64,000 nt of DNA from Nemertoderma westbladi (lineage: Eukaryota > Animalia > Xenacoelomorpha). The stretch covers positions 4,030 through 68,029 of the forward strand of contig JAUCBJ010003082.1 of assembly GCA_032718475.1 (NCBI GenBank). Direction: 5' to 3'. Below, piece by piece: positions 47,643-61,959 of the stretch; the stretch's first letter is position 1, and each line of letters starts with the position of its first letter. The position numbers were made by a program, and so were the translations under genes. A model generated the notes under the pieces. That model made no database searches. It saw nothing but the letters and a program-made list of their open reading frames with translations, and was not told the origin of the DNA.

Positions 47643-48698
47643 TCAGCTACGTTTATGCGTCTGTCGTCCATCATTTGCATCGATACTCGGAAGTATTATT
47701 TCACTCTGTGCAATTTTTCTACGTTGAGGGAAAATAACGTTAACTTTACCCAACTTTGTATTGTTATTGTTTATTTCCCTGCTGGGATTGTCGCTATGAT
47801 TCACTAAGTTTGTAAGTTTAGGTGGCCCATGAATTTGTGGTAACTTAATTCCGGTAGACAAATCAACGACTCTCAGTCGTTGTGATTGCGTTTTATCGAC
47901 GACTATGTGATCGTACGAATTCTTGTTTGGGTAAATGTAATTCTTTCCCATGGTGTCATAATGATGTATGCCATTGTGATTATCTTGTGTGAGTCGCGTT
48001 TGAGTTACTATGAACTGCTGCTGTTCTGATGTTCTTGTCTTTATTTTCGTCGCTGTATTCTCCAGCTTTAGTGGAGTCGGTTGGTAAAGGTTTTCGTTCG
48101 CATGATACACATTGGTAAGTTTACTCTTAACGTTTGCAAATGATTGTTTATTAAAACTGACTGATTTCTCAAGTGATTCACAAGTATTTCTGTAGTGTTC
48201 TTTAGCGCTCTGATAGTTTTTTCTACGTTCAATCTTTTCCGAACTATTTTTTATGGCTTTCCTCTCAGATACAGCCCTTTTCTGTTCTCTTCTCTTGGAG
48301 TTCTCTCTCCTCCGTTTCGGCAGATCATCTTCGACAACTTTGTCAACTCTAAGTCTTCGCGAAAGCAGCGAGTTTGATAGAAGATTGAGTTGTGGCAGTT
48401 TCGTTTGAATGTCAATATAAGTTTCGGAATTGAAACACTCGGATTGTTTGTGTTTGTCGCAATTATTCGTTATACCATTCGTATTAACATCATTTAAAAC
48501 ATGGGTATTTTGATTATCATTATCTTTGTCAATAATAACTTTGCGGTTGACAGATATAATTGGACTGACTGATTGTTTAAGGTGGTTGTTATACGATTCT
48601 ACTTTCGTTTTTAAATTGGTGAGTTTATCATCCATGTTATCAACCTCGTACCATTTCCGAGGGTTGGTTTCCACGCGATAGTTATTGTTCATCTTCAT
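47643..48698 (-). CDS. Uncharacterised 351-aa Asn/Lys-rich protein, single ORF
   Basis: ATG-initiated 1056-bp ORF in AT-rich non-repetitive DNA, with a basic helical middle and LPQL/LPQI/LPSI motifs. No domain recognised. Confidence 0.7.
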   Translation of the reverse strand: MKMNNNYRVETNPRKWYEVDNMDDKLTNLKTKVESYNNHLKQSVSPIISVNRKVIIDKDNDNQNTHVLNDVNTNGITNNCDKHKQSECFNSETYIDIQTKLPQLNLLSNSLLSRRLRVDKVVEDDLPKRRRENSKRREQKRAVSERKAIKNSSEKIERRKNYQSAKEHYRNTCESLEKSVSFNKQSFANVKSKLTNVYHANENLYQPTPLKLENTATKIKTRTSEQQQFIVTQTRLTQDNHNGIHHYDTMGKNYIYPNKNSYDHIVVDKTQSQRLRVVDLSTGIKLPQIHGPPKLTNLVNHSDNPSREINNNNTKLGKVNVIFPQRRKIAQSEIILPSIDANDGRQTHKRS

Positions 48699-50599
48699 AA
48701 GATTTATGATCAGTCAATTCAATATGTTATTGATAAGTTTAGTACAAAGATTAAAGTGGGTCTGTCAGAGAAGATACTACCGGTACCGTAAAATGTAAAG
48801 CTAATTAATATCTTGCCAGCAAATTGATTGAAAAATTTATCGCTTTCATACAATGTGAATGAAATTCTCAATAATTGTTTAATTATGCCTATTTGACTAA
48901 ACAACAATCGGTTTATGCTATGCAATGACACCTTGTATTCAGGTTTCCTGGCGCCCAATGACGTTGGCTTAAGGACTGCCAAGTCTCGTCGGCCAATTAG
49001 GGGATAAGTTAAGCGAACCCGATGTTATTGTCGCTATAGAAACAATATTGCACGGAACTACTCATTTAATAAATATTTAATTAGCGTTGGAATGCGAGGA
49101 ATATTATCGTATTCGGTAAGCTAAACGCGACCAGCGTGATATCGGAACAAGTATGTAAAACATGTGTTCGACATGATTGGTGAGTATAATTTGGGATGAG
49201 AGGCGAGCCATGTTGTTGGGTTGTAATATAATTATTAGGAGCGAGCCATGCTGTTGGATAGTAGCGTGATTATATCACTATATTTGTGCCCCCGTTGGTT
49301 GATATCTTTGGTTTCATAAGGAGCTACTTCATTCTGCGACTGTCACCCCGGCATAGAATATGTTGTCTACATATAGGATGGCTCAGTCAGCGTATCAGAT
49401 ATATTAAATTCAAATATTTTATCACCATCACCTTAACTCAAATTTAATTTTGAAAATATAAATCCAATGGTATTACTAACAATAAACTAGTGGACTAAAA
49501 TATGAATAATCTCGAACTAAGTAATTACTTTTTACAGCTACAAAATAATTAAGATTTTCCTTAAAGCGTTGATTTGGCTTACAAATATCAAAATTTTATA
49601 TATATTACATTTTTTGTTGTGAATATTGATACACTTTCGCTGTTAAATCTTCCACGTTGTCATGTCTTTGTTAGTTAACATTCATTTGTTTTGCCGCCGT
49701 ACGTACATATCAGCAGTAACAACTTCCAAATTATTTTTGTCTAATAATTTGGAAATTTAATTTACGTTTGGCGTCTAACGTTTTTTTGCATTAGAATCTC
49801 CCACTGCGGAACCACTGAGCGGTAAAGGGGAAGCTAGTCGATCTATGAGCCGCTCAGCCCATCCCACTACCGAGCTATATTTGCTGAGCCCAGTAAATGC
49901 TACTTTAATTAGGCAATTTTCCCGGTACGCACCCAGCAGTAACCTTAGGAGTACAAAGAAGCTCCTATGGGTTAACTCACCTACATCCAAACATGATTGA
50001 TCCATTAACTGAATTACAGTACCTAAGCTTCGTGAATCTATAAAAATGTATTAATCTAGAAAAGTCCACAGTGTTAGTTAAATTCATCTATTGATTTTTG
50101 TCTTTAGTAATTAATTTTTATGCGTCATTTCTTAAGTTTATGTCTCCTTAGTACCATACTATGGAAATATTATCTTATTAACAAACGTAAATTGAATAAT
50201 ACTGTCTGTTCTTAAACTACGGTCGAGCTGAAACAGTAATATTATTGCTTAGGAAAAATAGTTAGTTAATCTATTCGAAAATTGAAATATTATGTAACTC
50301 AGTTATCAGCTATATTATGTATAACTTTATATGGCATGTGAGGTTTTTTAGGCGGTTGAAAATACTATACAAAGCCAGTTTTTTCCATTGGACAGGTGTT
50401 ATGCCTGTTACTGGTGGACTATGTGGACGTAGATCAACGACTACGTTTATTTTCCAGTCCATATGTAAAAAAAAAACTTGAGAAAAGTTAATTATGCTCG
50501 ATACATTATATTTCTTGAGTGAAGCGAGGTTAATAACATTCAAATTGTGATCATAGTGTAAATAACATTACTTCACATAACAGTATTGTTCTCTTACAT

Positions 50600-51300
50600 G
50601 ACAAAAAGCTTCCCGGACAAAAAGCTACCCCGACAAAGATAACAAGACAAAAGCTAACCAGAAGAAAGCACAAAAGCTAGTCGCAAAAAAGCTATCCATA
50701 CAAAACAAAGCTACTCGGACAAAAGCTCTCCTGACAAATCTCCCACTGCCAGATAAAAGCTCCTAGGACAAAGGCAACATGGGCAAAAGCGAGCATGAAA
50801 TAAGTTACCCGAACAATAGCTAGTTGGACAAAAGCTACCCGTACAAAAGCTACCTGGACAAAAGCTACCCGGAAAAAAATACCCGAATAAATGCTAATTT
50901 GACAAAAGCTAGTCGCAAAAAAGCTATCCATACAAAAGCTATCCGGACAAAAGCTACCCGAACAAAAGCTACCAGGACAAAACCATACCGGACGAAAGCT
51001 ACCAGTAAAAACTTACTGGACAGAGCTACCCGGACGAAAGCTACCAGTAAAAATTTCCTGGACAAAAGCTTCCTGGACAAAAGCTACCCTAATAAAATCT
51101 ACCTGGTCAAAAGCTACCCGGACAAATCAATACCGGACGAAAGCTTCCAGTAAAAACTTACTGGACAGAGTTGCCCGTACAAAAGCTATCTGGACAATAG
51201 CTACTCTTAATTGCTTCCCGGGCAGAAGCTACACGTACAAAAGCTACCTGGACAAAACCTACCCATACAAAAGCTACTCGGAAAAACTTCAGGACAAAAT
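50600..51300. repeat. Degenerate 15-bp GGACAAAAGCTACCC repeat cluster (likely terminal region of a non-autonomous element)
   Basis: Dozens of diverged GGACAAAAGCTACC(C/T) units directly preceding the TAACCT-rich satellite. Confidence 0.85.
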
Positions 51301-51311
51301 TTAATGAGCTT

Positions 51312-54300
51312 TTTAATGTAACCTGATCTTAAATAACCAAAACTAATGTAACACTACCTTATGTAACCTGATCTTGTAACTCGAACTAATGTAACCTTAC
51401 CTTATGTAACCTGATCTTAAATAACCCAAACTAATGTAACACTACCTTATGTAACCTGATCTTGTAAGTCGAACTAAGGTAACCTTACCTTATGTAACCT
51501 GGTCTTGTAACTCGAACTAAGCTAACCTTCCCTTCTGTAACCTGATCTTAAATAACCAAACAAATGTAACCTTACCTTATGTACCCTGATCTTATGTAAC
51601 CCAAACTAATTTAACCTTACCTTATGTAACCTGGTCTTGTAACTCGAACTAAGGTAACCTTACCTTCTGTAACCTGATCTTGTAACCCAAACTAATGTAA
51701 CCTTACCTTCTGTAACCTGATCTTATGTAACCCAAACTAAATTAACCTTACCTTATGTAACCTGATCTTAAATAACCCAAACTAATGTAACACTACCTTA
51801 TGTAACCTGATCTTGTAACTCAAACTAAGGTAACCTTACCTTATGTAACCTGATCTTAAATAACCCAAACTAATGTAACACTACCTTATGAAACCTGGTC
51901 TTGTAACTCGAACTAAGGTAACCTTACTTTCTGTAACCTGATCTTAAATAACCCAAACTAATGTAACACTACCTTATGTAACCTGATCTTGTAACTCAAA
52001 CTAAGGTAACCTTACCTTATGTAACCTGATCTTAAATAACCCAAACTAATGTAACACTACCTTATGAAACCTGGTCTTGTAACTCGAACTAAGGTAACCT
52101 TACCTTCTGTAACCTGATCTTAAATAACCCAAACTAATGTAACACTACCTTATGTAACCTGATCTTGTAACTCAAACTAAGCTAACCTTACCTTATGTAA
52201 CCTGATCATAAATAACCCAAACTAATGTAACCTTACCTTCTGTAACCTGATCTTATGTAACCCAAACTAATTTAACCTTACCTTATGTAACCTGATCTTA
52301 AATAACCCAAACTAATGTAACACTACCTTATGTAACCTGATCTTGTAACTCAAACTAAGGTAACCTTACCTTATGTAACCTGATCTTAAATAACCCAAAC
52401 TAATGTAACACTACCTTATGAAACCTGGTCTTGTAACTCGAACTAAGGTAACCTTACCTTCTGTAACCTGATCTTAAATAACCCAAACTAATGTAACACT
52501 ACCTTATGTAACCTGATCTTGTAACCCAAACTAATGTAACCTTACCTTCTGTAACGTGATCTTATGTAACCCAAACTAATTTAACCTTACCTTATGTAAC
52601 CTGATCTTGTAAGTCGAACTAAGGTAACCTTACCTTATGTAACCTGGTCTTGTAACTCGAACTAAGCTAACCTTCCCTTCTGTAACCTGATCTTAAATAA
52701 CCAAACAAATGTAACCTTACCTTATGTACCCTGATCTTAAATGACCAAACAAATGTAACCTTACCTTCTGTAACCTGATCTTAAATAACCCAAACTAATG
52801 TAACACTACCTTATGTAACCTGATCTTGTAACTCAAACTAAGGTACCCTTACCTTCTGTAACCTGATCTTATGTATCCCAAACTAATTTAACCTTACCTT
52901 ATGTAACCTGGTCTTGTAACTCGAACTAAGGTAACCTCCTTATGTACCCTGATCTTAAATAACCAAACAAATGTAACCTTACCTTATGTACCCTGATCTT
53001 AAATAACCAAACAAATGTAACCTTACCTTCTGTAACCTGATCTTAAATAACCCAAACTAATGTAACACTACCTTATGTAACCTGATCTTGTAACTCAAAC
53101 TAAGGTACCCTTACCTTCTGTAACCTGATCTTATGTATCCCAAACTAATTTAACCTTACCTTATGTAACCTGGTCTTGTAACTCGAACTAAGGTAACCTC
53201 CTTATGTACCCTGATCTTAAATAACCAAACAAATGTAACCTTACCTTATGTACCCTGATCTTAAATAACCAAACAAATGTAACCTTACCTTCTGTAACCT
53301 GATCTTAAATAACCCAAACTAATGTAACACTACCTTATGTAACCTGATCTTGTAACTCAAACTAAGGTACCCTTACCTTCTGTAACCTGATCTTATGTAT
53401 CCCAAACTAATTTAACCTTACCTTATGAAACCTGGTCTTGTAACTCGAACTAAGGTAACCATACCTTCTCTAACCTGATCTTATGTAACCCAAACTAATT
53501 TAACCTTACCTTATGTAACCTGGTCTTGTAACTCGAACTAAGGTAACCATACCTTCTCTAACCTGATCTTATGTAACCCAAACTAATGTAACTTTTCCTT
53601 ATGTAACCTGGTCTTGTAACTCAAACTAAGGTAACCTTACCTTCTGTAACCTGATCTTATGTAACCCAAACTAATTTAACCTTACCTTATGTAACCTGGT
53701 CTTGTAACTCGAACTAAGGTAACCATACCTTCTCTAACCTGATCTTATGTAACCCAAACTAATGTAACTTTTCCTTATGTAACCTGATCTTGTAACTCAA
53801 ACTAAGGTAACCTTACCTTCTGTAACCTGATCTTAAGTAACCCAAACTAATGTAACCTTACCTTATGTACCCTGATCTTAAATAATCAAACAAATGTAAC
53901 CTTATCTTATGTACCCTGAACTTAAATAACCAAACAAATGTAACCTTACCTTCTGTAACCTGATCTTATGTAACCCAAACGAATGTAACTTTTCCTTATG
54001 TAACCTGATCTTTTAACTCGAACTAATGTAACCTTACCTTCTGTAACCTGATCTTAAATAACCCAAACTAATGTAACACTGCCTTATGTAACCTGATCTT
54101 AAGTAACCAAACTAATGCAACCTTATGTAACCTGATCTTGTAACTCTAACTAAGGTAACCTTACCTTCTGTAACCTGATCTTAAGTAACCCAAACTAATG
54201 TAACCTTACCTTATGTACCCTGATCTTAAGTAACCAAACTAATGCAACCTTATGTAGCCTGATCTTGTAACTCAAACTAAGGTAATCTTACCTTCTGTAA

Positions 54301-57300
54301 CCTGATATTAAGTAACCCAAACTAATGTAACCTTACCTTATGTACCCTGATCTTAAATAACCTAACAAATGTAACCTTATCTTATGTACCCTGAACTTAA
54401 ATAACCAAACAAATGTAACCTTATGTAACCTGATCTTAATTAACCCAAACCAATGTAACCTTACCTTATGTAACCTGATCTTGTAACTCGAACTAATGTA
54501 CCCTTACCTTATGTAACCTGATCTTGTAACTCAAACTAAGGTAACCTAACCTTCTGTAACCTGATCTTGTAACTCAAACTAAGGTAACCTTACCTTCTGT
54601 AACCTGATCTTGTAACTCGAACTAATGTACCCTTACCTTATGTAACCTGATCTTGTAACTCAAACTAAGGTAACCTAACCTTCTGTAACCTAATCTTGTA
54701 ACTCAAACTAAGGTAACCTTACCTTCTGTAACCTGATCTTGTAACTCGAACTAATGTATCCTTACCTTATGTAACCTGATCTTGTAACTCGAACTAATGT
54801 AACCTTACCTTATGTAACCTGATCTTAAGTAACCCAAACCAATGTAACCTTAACTTCTGTAACCTGATCTTAAATAACCCAAACTAATGTAACCTTACCT
54901 TATGTAACCTGATATTGTAACTCGAACTATTGTAACCTTGCCTTCTGTAACCTGATCTTGTAACTCAAACTAAGGTAACCTTACCTTCTGTAACCTGATC
55001 TTGTAACTCGAACTAATGTACCCTTACCTTATGTAACCTGATCTTGTAACTCAAACTAAGGTAACCTAACCTTCTGTAACCTAATCTTGTAACTCAAACT
55101 AAGGTAACCTTACCTTCTGTAACCTGATCTTGTAACTCGAACTAATGTATCCTTACCTTATGTAACCTGATCTTGTAACTCGAACTAATGTAACCTTACC
55201 TTATGTAACCTGATCTTAAGTAACCCAAACCAATGTAACCTTACCTTCTGTAACCTGATCTTGTAACTCGAACTAATGTATCCTTACCTTATGTAACCTG
55301 ATCTTGTAACTCGAACTAATGTACCCTTACCTTATGTAACCTGATCTTGTAACTCAAACTAAGGTAACCTAACCTTCTGTAACCTGATCTTGTAACTCAA
55401 ACTAAGGTAACCTTACCTTCTGTAACCTGATCTTGTAACTCGAACTAATGTACCCTTACCTTATGTAACCTGATCTTGTAACTCAAACTAAGGTAACCTA
55501 ACCTTCTGTAACCTAATCTTGTAACTCAAACTAAGGTAACCTTACCTTCTGTAACCTGATCTTGTAACTCGAACTAATGTATCCTTACCTTATGTAACCT
55601 GATCTTGTAACTCGAACTAATGTAACCTTACCTTATGTAACCTGATCTTAAGTAACCCAAACCAATGTAACCTTACCTTATGTACCCTGATCTTAAATAA
55701 CCAAACAAATTTAACATTACCTTCTGTAACCTGATCTTAAATTACCCAAACTAATGTAACACTACCTTATGTAACCTGATCTTGTAACTCAAATTAAGGT
55801 AACCATACCTTATGTAACCTGATCTTGTAACTCAAACTAAGGTAACCTTACCTTATGTAACCTGATCTTGTAACTCGAACTTATGTACCCTTACCTTATG
55901 TAACCTGATCTTGTAACTCGAACTAATGTAACCTTATATTATGTACCCTGATCTTAAATAACCAAACAAATGTAACCTTATCTTATGTACCCTGAACTTA
56001 AATAACCAAACAAATGTAACCTTACCTTCTGTAACCTGATCTTATGTAACCCAAACGAATGTAACTTTTCCTTATGCAACCTGATCTTTTAACTCGAACT
56101 AATGTAACCTTACCTTCTGTAACCTGATCTTAAATAACCCAAACTAATGTAACACTACCTTATGTAACCTGCCTGATCTTGTAACTCGAACTAATGTAAC
56201 CTTACCTTATGTAACCTGATCTTGTAATTCGAACTAATGTACCCTTACCTTATGTAACCTGATCTTAAGTAACCCAAACCAATGTAACATTACCTTATGT
56301 AACCTGATCTTGTAACCCAAACTAATGTAACCTTACCTTATGTACCCTGATCTTAAATAACCCAAACTAATGTAACACTACCTTATGTAACCTGATCTTG
56401 TAACTCAAAACTAAGGTGACATTACCTTATGTAACCTGATCTTGTAACTCGAACTAATGTACCCTTACCTTATGTAACCTGATCTTGTAACTCAAACTAA
56501 TGTAACCTTCTGTAACCTGATCTTAAATAACCAAACAAATGTACCCTTACCTTATGTAACCTGATCTTGTAACTTGAACTAATGTAACCTTACCTTATGT
56601 AACCTGATCTTTTGTAACCAAACTAATGCAACCTTATGTAACCTGATCTTGTAACTCAAACTAAGTTAACCTTACCTTCTGTAACCTGATCTTAAGTAAC
56701 CCAAACTAATGCAACCTTACCTTATGTACACTGAACTTAAATAACCAAACAAATGTAACCTTACCTTCTGTAACCTAATCTTAAGTAACCCAAACTAATG
56801 TAACCTTATCTTATGTACCCTGAACTTAAATAACCAAACAAATGTAACCTTACCTTCTGTAACCTGATCTTATGTAACCCAAACGAATGTAACTTTTCCT
56901 TATGTAACCTGATCTTTTAACTCGAACTAATGTAACCTTACCTTCTGTAACCTGATTTTAAATAACCCAAACTAATGTAACACTACCTTATGTAACCTGA
57001 TCTTGTAACTCGAACTAATGTAACCTTACCTTATGTAACCTGATCTTGTAACTCGAACTAATGTACCCTTACCTTATGTAACCTGATCTTAAGTAACCCA
57101 AACCAATGTTACCTTACCTTATGTAACCTGATCTTGTAACTCAAACTAATGTAACCTTTCCTTATGTAACCTGATCTTGTAACCCAAACTAATGTAACCT
57201 TACCTTATGTACCCTGATCTTAAATAACCCAAACTAATGTAACACTACCTTATGTAACCTGATCTTGTAACTCAAACTAAGGTGACATTACCTTATGTAA

Positions 57301-60300
57301 CCTGATCTTGTAACTCGAACTAATGTACCCTTACCTTATGTAACCTGATCTTGTAACTCAAACTAATGTAATCTTAACTTCTGTAACCTGATCTTGTAAC
57401 TCGAACTAATGTAACTTGCCTTGTGTAAACTGATCTTGTAACTCGAACTAATGTAACCTTACCTTCTGTAACCTGATCTTAAATAACCCAAACTAATGTA
57501 ACCTTACCTTATGTAACCTGATCTTGTAACTCGAACTAATGTAACCTTGCCTTGTGTAAACTGATCTTGTAACTCAAACTAAGGTAACCTTACCTTATGT
57601 AACCTGATCTTAAGTAACCCAAACCAATGTAACCTTACCTTATGTAACCTGATCTTGTAACTCGAACTAATGTAACCTTACCTTATGTAACCTGATCTTA
57701 AGTAACCCAAACCAATGTAACCTTAACTTCTGTAACCTGATCTTAAATAACCCAAACTAATGTAACCTTACCTTATGTAACCTGATATTGTAACTCGAAC
57801 TATTGTAACCTTGCCTTCTGTAACCTGATCTTGTAACTCAAACTAAGGTAACCTTACCTTCTGTAACCTGATCTTGTAACTCGAACTAATGTACCCTTAC
57901 CTTATGTAACCTGATCTTGTAACTCAAACTAAGGTAACCTAACCTTCTGTAACCTAATCTTGTAACTCAAACTAAGGTAACCTTACCTTCTGTAACCTGA
58001 TCTTGTAACTCGAACTAATGTATCCTTACCTTATGTAACCTGATCTTGTAACTCGAACTAATGTAACCTTACCTTATGTAACCTGATCTTAAGTAACCCA
58101 AACCAATGTAACCTTACCTTCTGTAACCTGATCTTGTAACTCGAACTAATGTATCCTTACCTTATGTAACCTGATCTTGTAACTCGAACTAATGTACCCT
58201 TACCTTATGTAACCTGATCTTGTAACTCAAACTAAGGTAACCTAACCTTCTGTAACCTAATCTTGTAACTCAAACTAAGATAATCTTACCTTCTGTAACC
58301 TGATCTTGTAACTCGAACTAATGTACCCTTACCTTATGTAACCTGATCTTGTAACGCAAACTAAGGTAACCTAACCTTCTGTAACCTAATCTTGTAACTC
58401 AAACTAAGGTAACCTTACCTTCTGTAACCTGATCTTGTAACTCAAACTAAGGTAACCTTACCTTCTGTAACCTGATCTTGTAACTCAAACTAAGGTAACC
58501 TTACCTTCTGTAACCTGATCTTGTAACTCGAACTAATGTATCCTTACCTTATGTAACCTGATCTTGTAACTCGAACTAATGTATCCTTACCTTATGTAAC
58601 CTGATCTTGTAACTCGAACTAATGTAACCTTACCTTATGTAACCTGATCTTAAGTAACCCAAACCAATGTAACCTTACCTTATGTACCCTGATCTTAAAT
58701 AACCAAACAAATTTAACCTTACCTTCTGTAACCTGATCTTAAATAACCCAAACAAATGTAACCTTATCTTATGTACCCTGAACTTAAATAACCAAACAAA
58801 TGTAACCTTACCTTCTGTAACCTGATCTTATGTAACCCAAACGAATGTAACTTTTCCTTATGCAACCTGATCTTTTAACTCGAACTAATGTAACCTTACC
58901 TTCTGTAACCTGATCTTAAATAACCCAAACTAATGTAACACTACCTTATGTAACCTGCCTGATCTTGTAACTCGAACTAATGTAACCTTACCTTATGTAA
59001 CCTGATCATGTAATTCGAACTAATGTACCCTTACCTTATGTAACCTGATCTTAAGTAACCCAAACCAATGTAACATTGCCTTATGTAACCTGATCTTGTA
59101 ACCCAAACTAATGTAACCTTACCTTATGTACCCTGATCTTAAATAACCCAAACTAATGTAACACTACCTTATGTAACCTGATCTTGTAACTCAAAACTAA
59201 GGTGACATTACCTTATGTAACCTGATCTTGTAACTCGAACTAATGTACCCTTACCTTATGTAACCTGATCTTGTAACTCAAACTAATGTAACCTTCTGTA
59301 ACCTGATCTTAAATAACCAAACAAATGTACCCTTACCTTATGTAACCTGATCTTGTAACTTGAACTAATGTAACCTTACCTTATGTAACCTGATCTTAAG
59401 TAACCAAACTAATGCAACCTTATGTAACCTGATCTTGTAACTCAAACTAAGTTAACCTTACCTTCTGTAACCTGATCTTAAGTAACCCAAACTAATGCAA
59501 CCTTACCTTATGTACCCTGAACTTAAATAACCAAACAAATGTAACCTTGCCTTCTGTAACCTAATCTTAAGTAACCCAAACTAATGTAACCTTATCTTAT
59601 GTACCCTGAACTTAAATAACCAAACAAATGTAACCTTACCTTCTGTAACCTGATCTTATGTAACCCAAACGAATGTAACTTTTCCTTATGTAACCTGATC
59701 TTTTAACTCGAACTAATGTAACCTTACCTTCTGTAACCTGATTATAAATAACCCAAACTAATGTAACACTACCTTATGTAACCTGATCTTGTAACTCGAA
59801 CTAATGTAACCTTACCTTATGTAACCTGATCTTGTAACTCGAACTAATGTACCCTTACCTTATGTAACCTGATCTTAAGTAACCCAAACCAATGTTACCT
59901 TACCTTATGTAACCTGATCTTGTAACTCAAACTAATGTAACCTTTCCTTATGTAACCTGATCTTGTAACCCAAACTAATGTAACCTTACCTTATGTACCC
60001 TGATCTTAAATAACCCAAACTAATGTAACACTACCTTAAGTAACCTGATCTTGTAACTCAAACTAAGGTGACATTACCTTATGTAACCTGATCTTGTAAC
60101 TCGAACTAATGTACCCTTACCTTATGTAACCTGATCTTGTAACTCAAACTAATGTAATCTTAACTTCTGTAACCTGATCTTGTAACTCGAACTAATGTAA
60201 CTTGCCTTGTGTAAACTGATCTTGTAACTCGAACTAATGTAACCTTACCTTCTGTAACCTGATCTTAAATAACCCAAACTAATGTAACCTTACCTTATAT

Positions 60301-61140
60301 AACCTGATCTTGTAACTCGAACTAATGTAACCTTGCCTTGTGTAAACTGATCTTGTAACTCAAACTAAGGTAACCTTACCTTATGTAACCTGATCTTAAG
60401 TAACCCAAACCAATGTAACCATACCTTATGTAACCCGATCGTGTAACTCGAACTAATGTTTCCTTACCTTATGTAACCTGATCTTAAGTAACCCAAACCA
60501 ATGTAACCTTAACTTCTGTAACCTGATCTTAAATAACCCAAACTAATGTAACCTTATCTTATGTAACCTGATATTGTAACTCGAACTATTGTAACCTTGC
60601 CTTGTGTAAACTGATCTTGTAACTCGAACTAATGTAACCCTTACTTTATGTAACCTGATCTTAAGTAACCCAAACCAATGTAATCTTAACTTCTGTAACC
60701 TGATCTTAAATAACCAAACTAATGTAACCTTACCTTATGTTACCTGATCTTATGTAACCCAAACTAATGTAACCTTACCTTATGTAACATGATCTTAAGT
60801 AACCCAAACTAATGTAACCTTACCTTATGTACCCTGACCTTGTAACCCAAGCTAATGTAACCTTACCTTCAGTAACCTGATCTTATGTAACCCAAACAAA
60901 TGTAACTTTTCCTTATGTAACCTGATCTTGTAACTCGAACTAGTGTAATCTTACCTCCAGTAACCTGATCTTAAGGAAACCAAACTAATGTAACCTTACC
61001 TTCAGTAACCTGATCTTATGTAACCCAAACTAATGTAACCTTACCTTATGTGACCTGATATTATGTAACCCAAACTGTAACCTTACCTTCTGCTTATGTA
61101 ACCCAAACTAATGTAACCTCACCTGTAACCTGACATAACC
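51312..61140. repeat. ~43-45-bp TAACCT-rich satellite built from three ~13-17-bp subunits
   Basis: TGTAACCTTACCTTA-TGTAACCTGATCT-TGTAACTCGAACTAA and variants such as TAAATAACCCAAACTAA. Confidence 0.97.
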
Positions 61141-61227
61141 CAATCTCAATCATCAATCGTCCTGCAACTAACTAGTTAGTAAGATACTTAATGCAACATA
61201 TGTTTATTGCTGCTGATGATGGTCAAT

Positions 61228-61363
61228 ATGAAAGCTTTCAATTGTTTACTCACCATGGAAACAGAAGATGAAATATGGGCCCGAGAGCAAAACGCAAGAA
61301 TTAATCAAATGATAAGAGATGAGAAGGAAAAATTAAAGAGCACACATAGGTTACTATTGCTTG
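61228..61363 (+). CDS. GNAS: G protein alpha-s subunit, coding exon 1 (start codon uncertain: 61216, 61219, 61228 or 61255)
   Basis: ...AREQNARINQMIRDEKEKLKSTHRLLLLG then G|GTAAGT donor. THRLLLLG and the phase-1 intron match G-alpha-s genes. Confidence 0.85.
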
Positions 61364-61382
61364 GTAAGTGGGTATACTGTAT

Positions 61383-61750
61383 GTGGGACGAGCCACGAAA
61401 GCAAGCGAGCTTAGCATACGGGTACCACTATCTCAACCTGTGTATCTGTCGTTCCCAATATATAAACGTTGATAATGTGGGTACACGCTGGGACACAAAT
61501 ACAAATAGTATGTCAGCAAGTAAAAGCAGCTAATTATTTTAATTACAATAAAAACTATCACTTTCCTTTCAGCGTGGAGCGTGGCCTTTATGGAATACAT
61601 TATATAAAGAGTATATTTATTGTACTTAAAAATTATACAGCTGGAATCCCCATTCCTTTATAGTTTTTATTTAGTATTTTATTTATTTTATAGTTTTTCA
61701 ATTTTAATTTGTGTCCCATAACTGAGCCCCGTGGAGCGCGAAGGCCCCAT
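61383..61750. mobile_element. Short relative of the 35.8-37.4 kb element in GNAS intron 1
   Basis: Starts GTGGGACGAGCCACGAA...GAGCTTAGC and ends GCGCGAAGGCCCCA, matching both termini of the larger copy. Core repeats are absent. Confidence 0.65.
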
Positions 61751-61959
61751 GAATGTGCTTAGGAAGTAGGGGTGTGTGGTATATTGATACTGGTGAAGGC
61801 TGATTCCCCACTGAGTGGGAGCTACACTGTCGGTACAGATTTTTCTTCCATTTTATTTAATTGTGTTTCTTCAAAGTAAATTGCTGAAATAGAAATCGTA
61901 TTATTTGGTAATAAACTACTTATTTATTGTTTTTACAATTCAATGGTTTGTTTTTTTAG

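Noticed and set aside
44830-47737. 932-aa and 392-aa HSITLHTQYYITYTVLHYI ORFs (also 40516-41256)
   Set aside because: Translations of the 19-bp satellite, whose plus strand contains no stop triplet; not evidence of a gene.
51312-61140. Telomeric (TTAGG/TTAGGG) array
   Set aside because: TAACC-rich but organised as a complex 43-45-bp unit, with genes on both sides.
61364-61533. Continuation of the 108-aa ORF past LLLLG
   Set aside because: Read-through into intron 1; homology resumes at 61960 after a canonical GT-AG intron.
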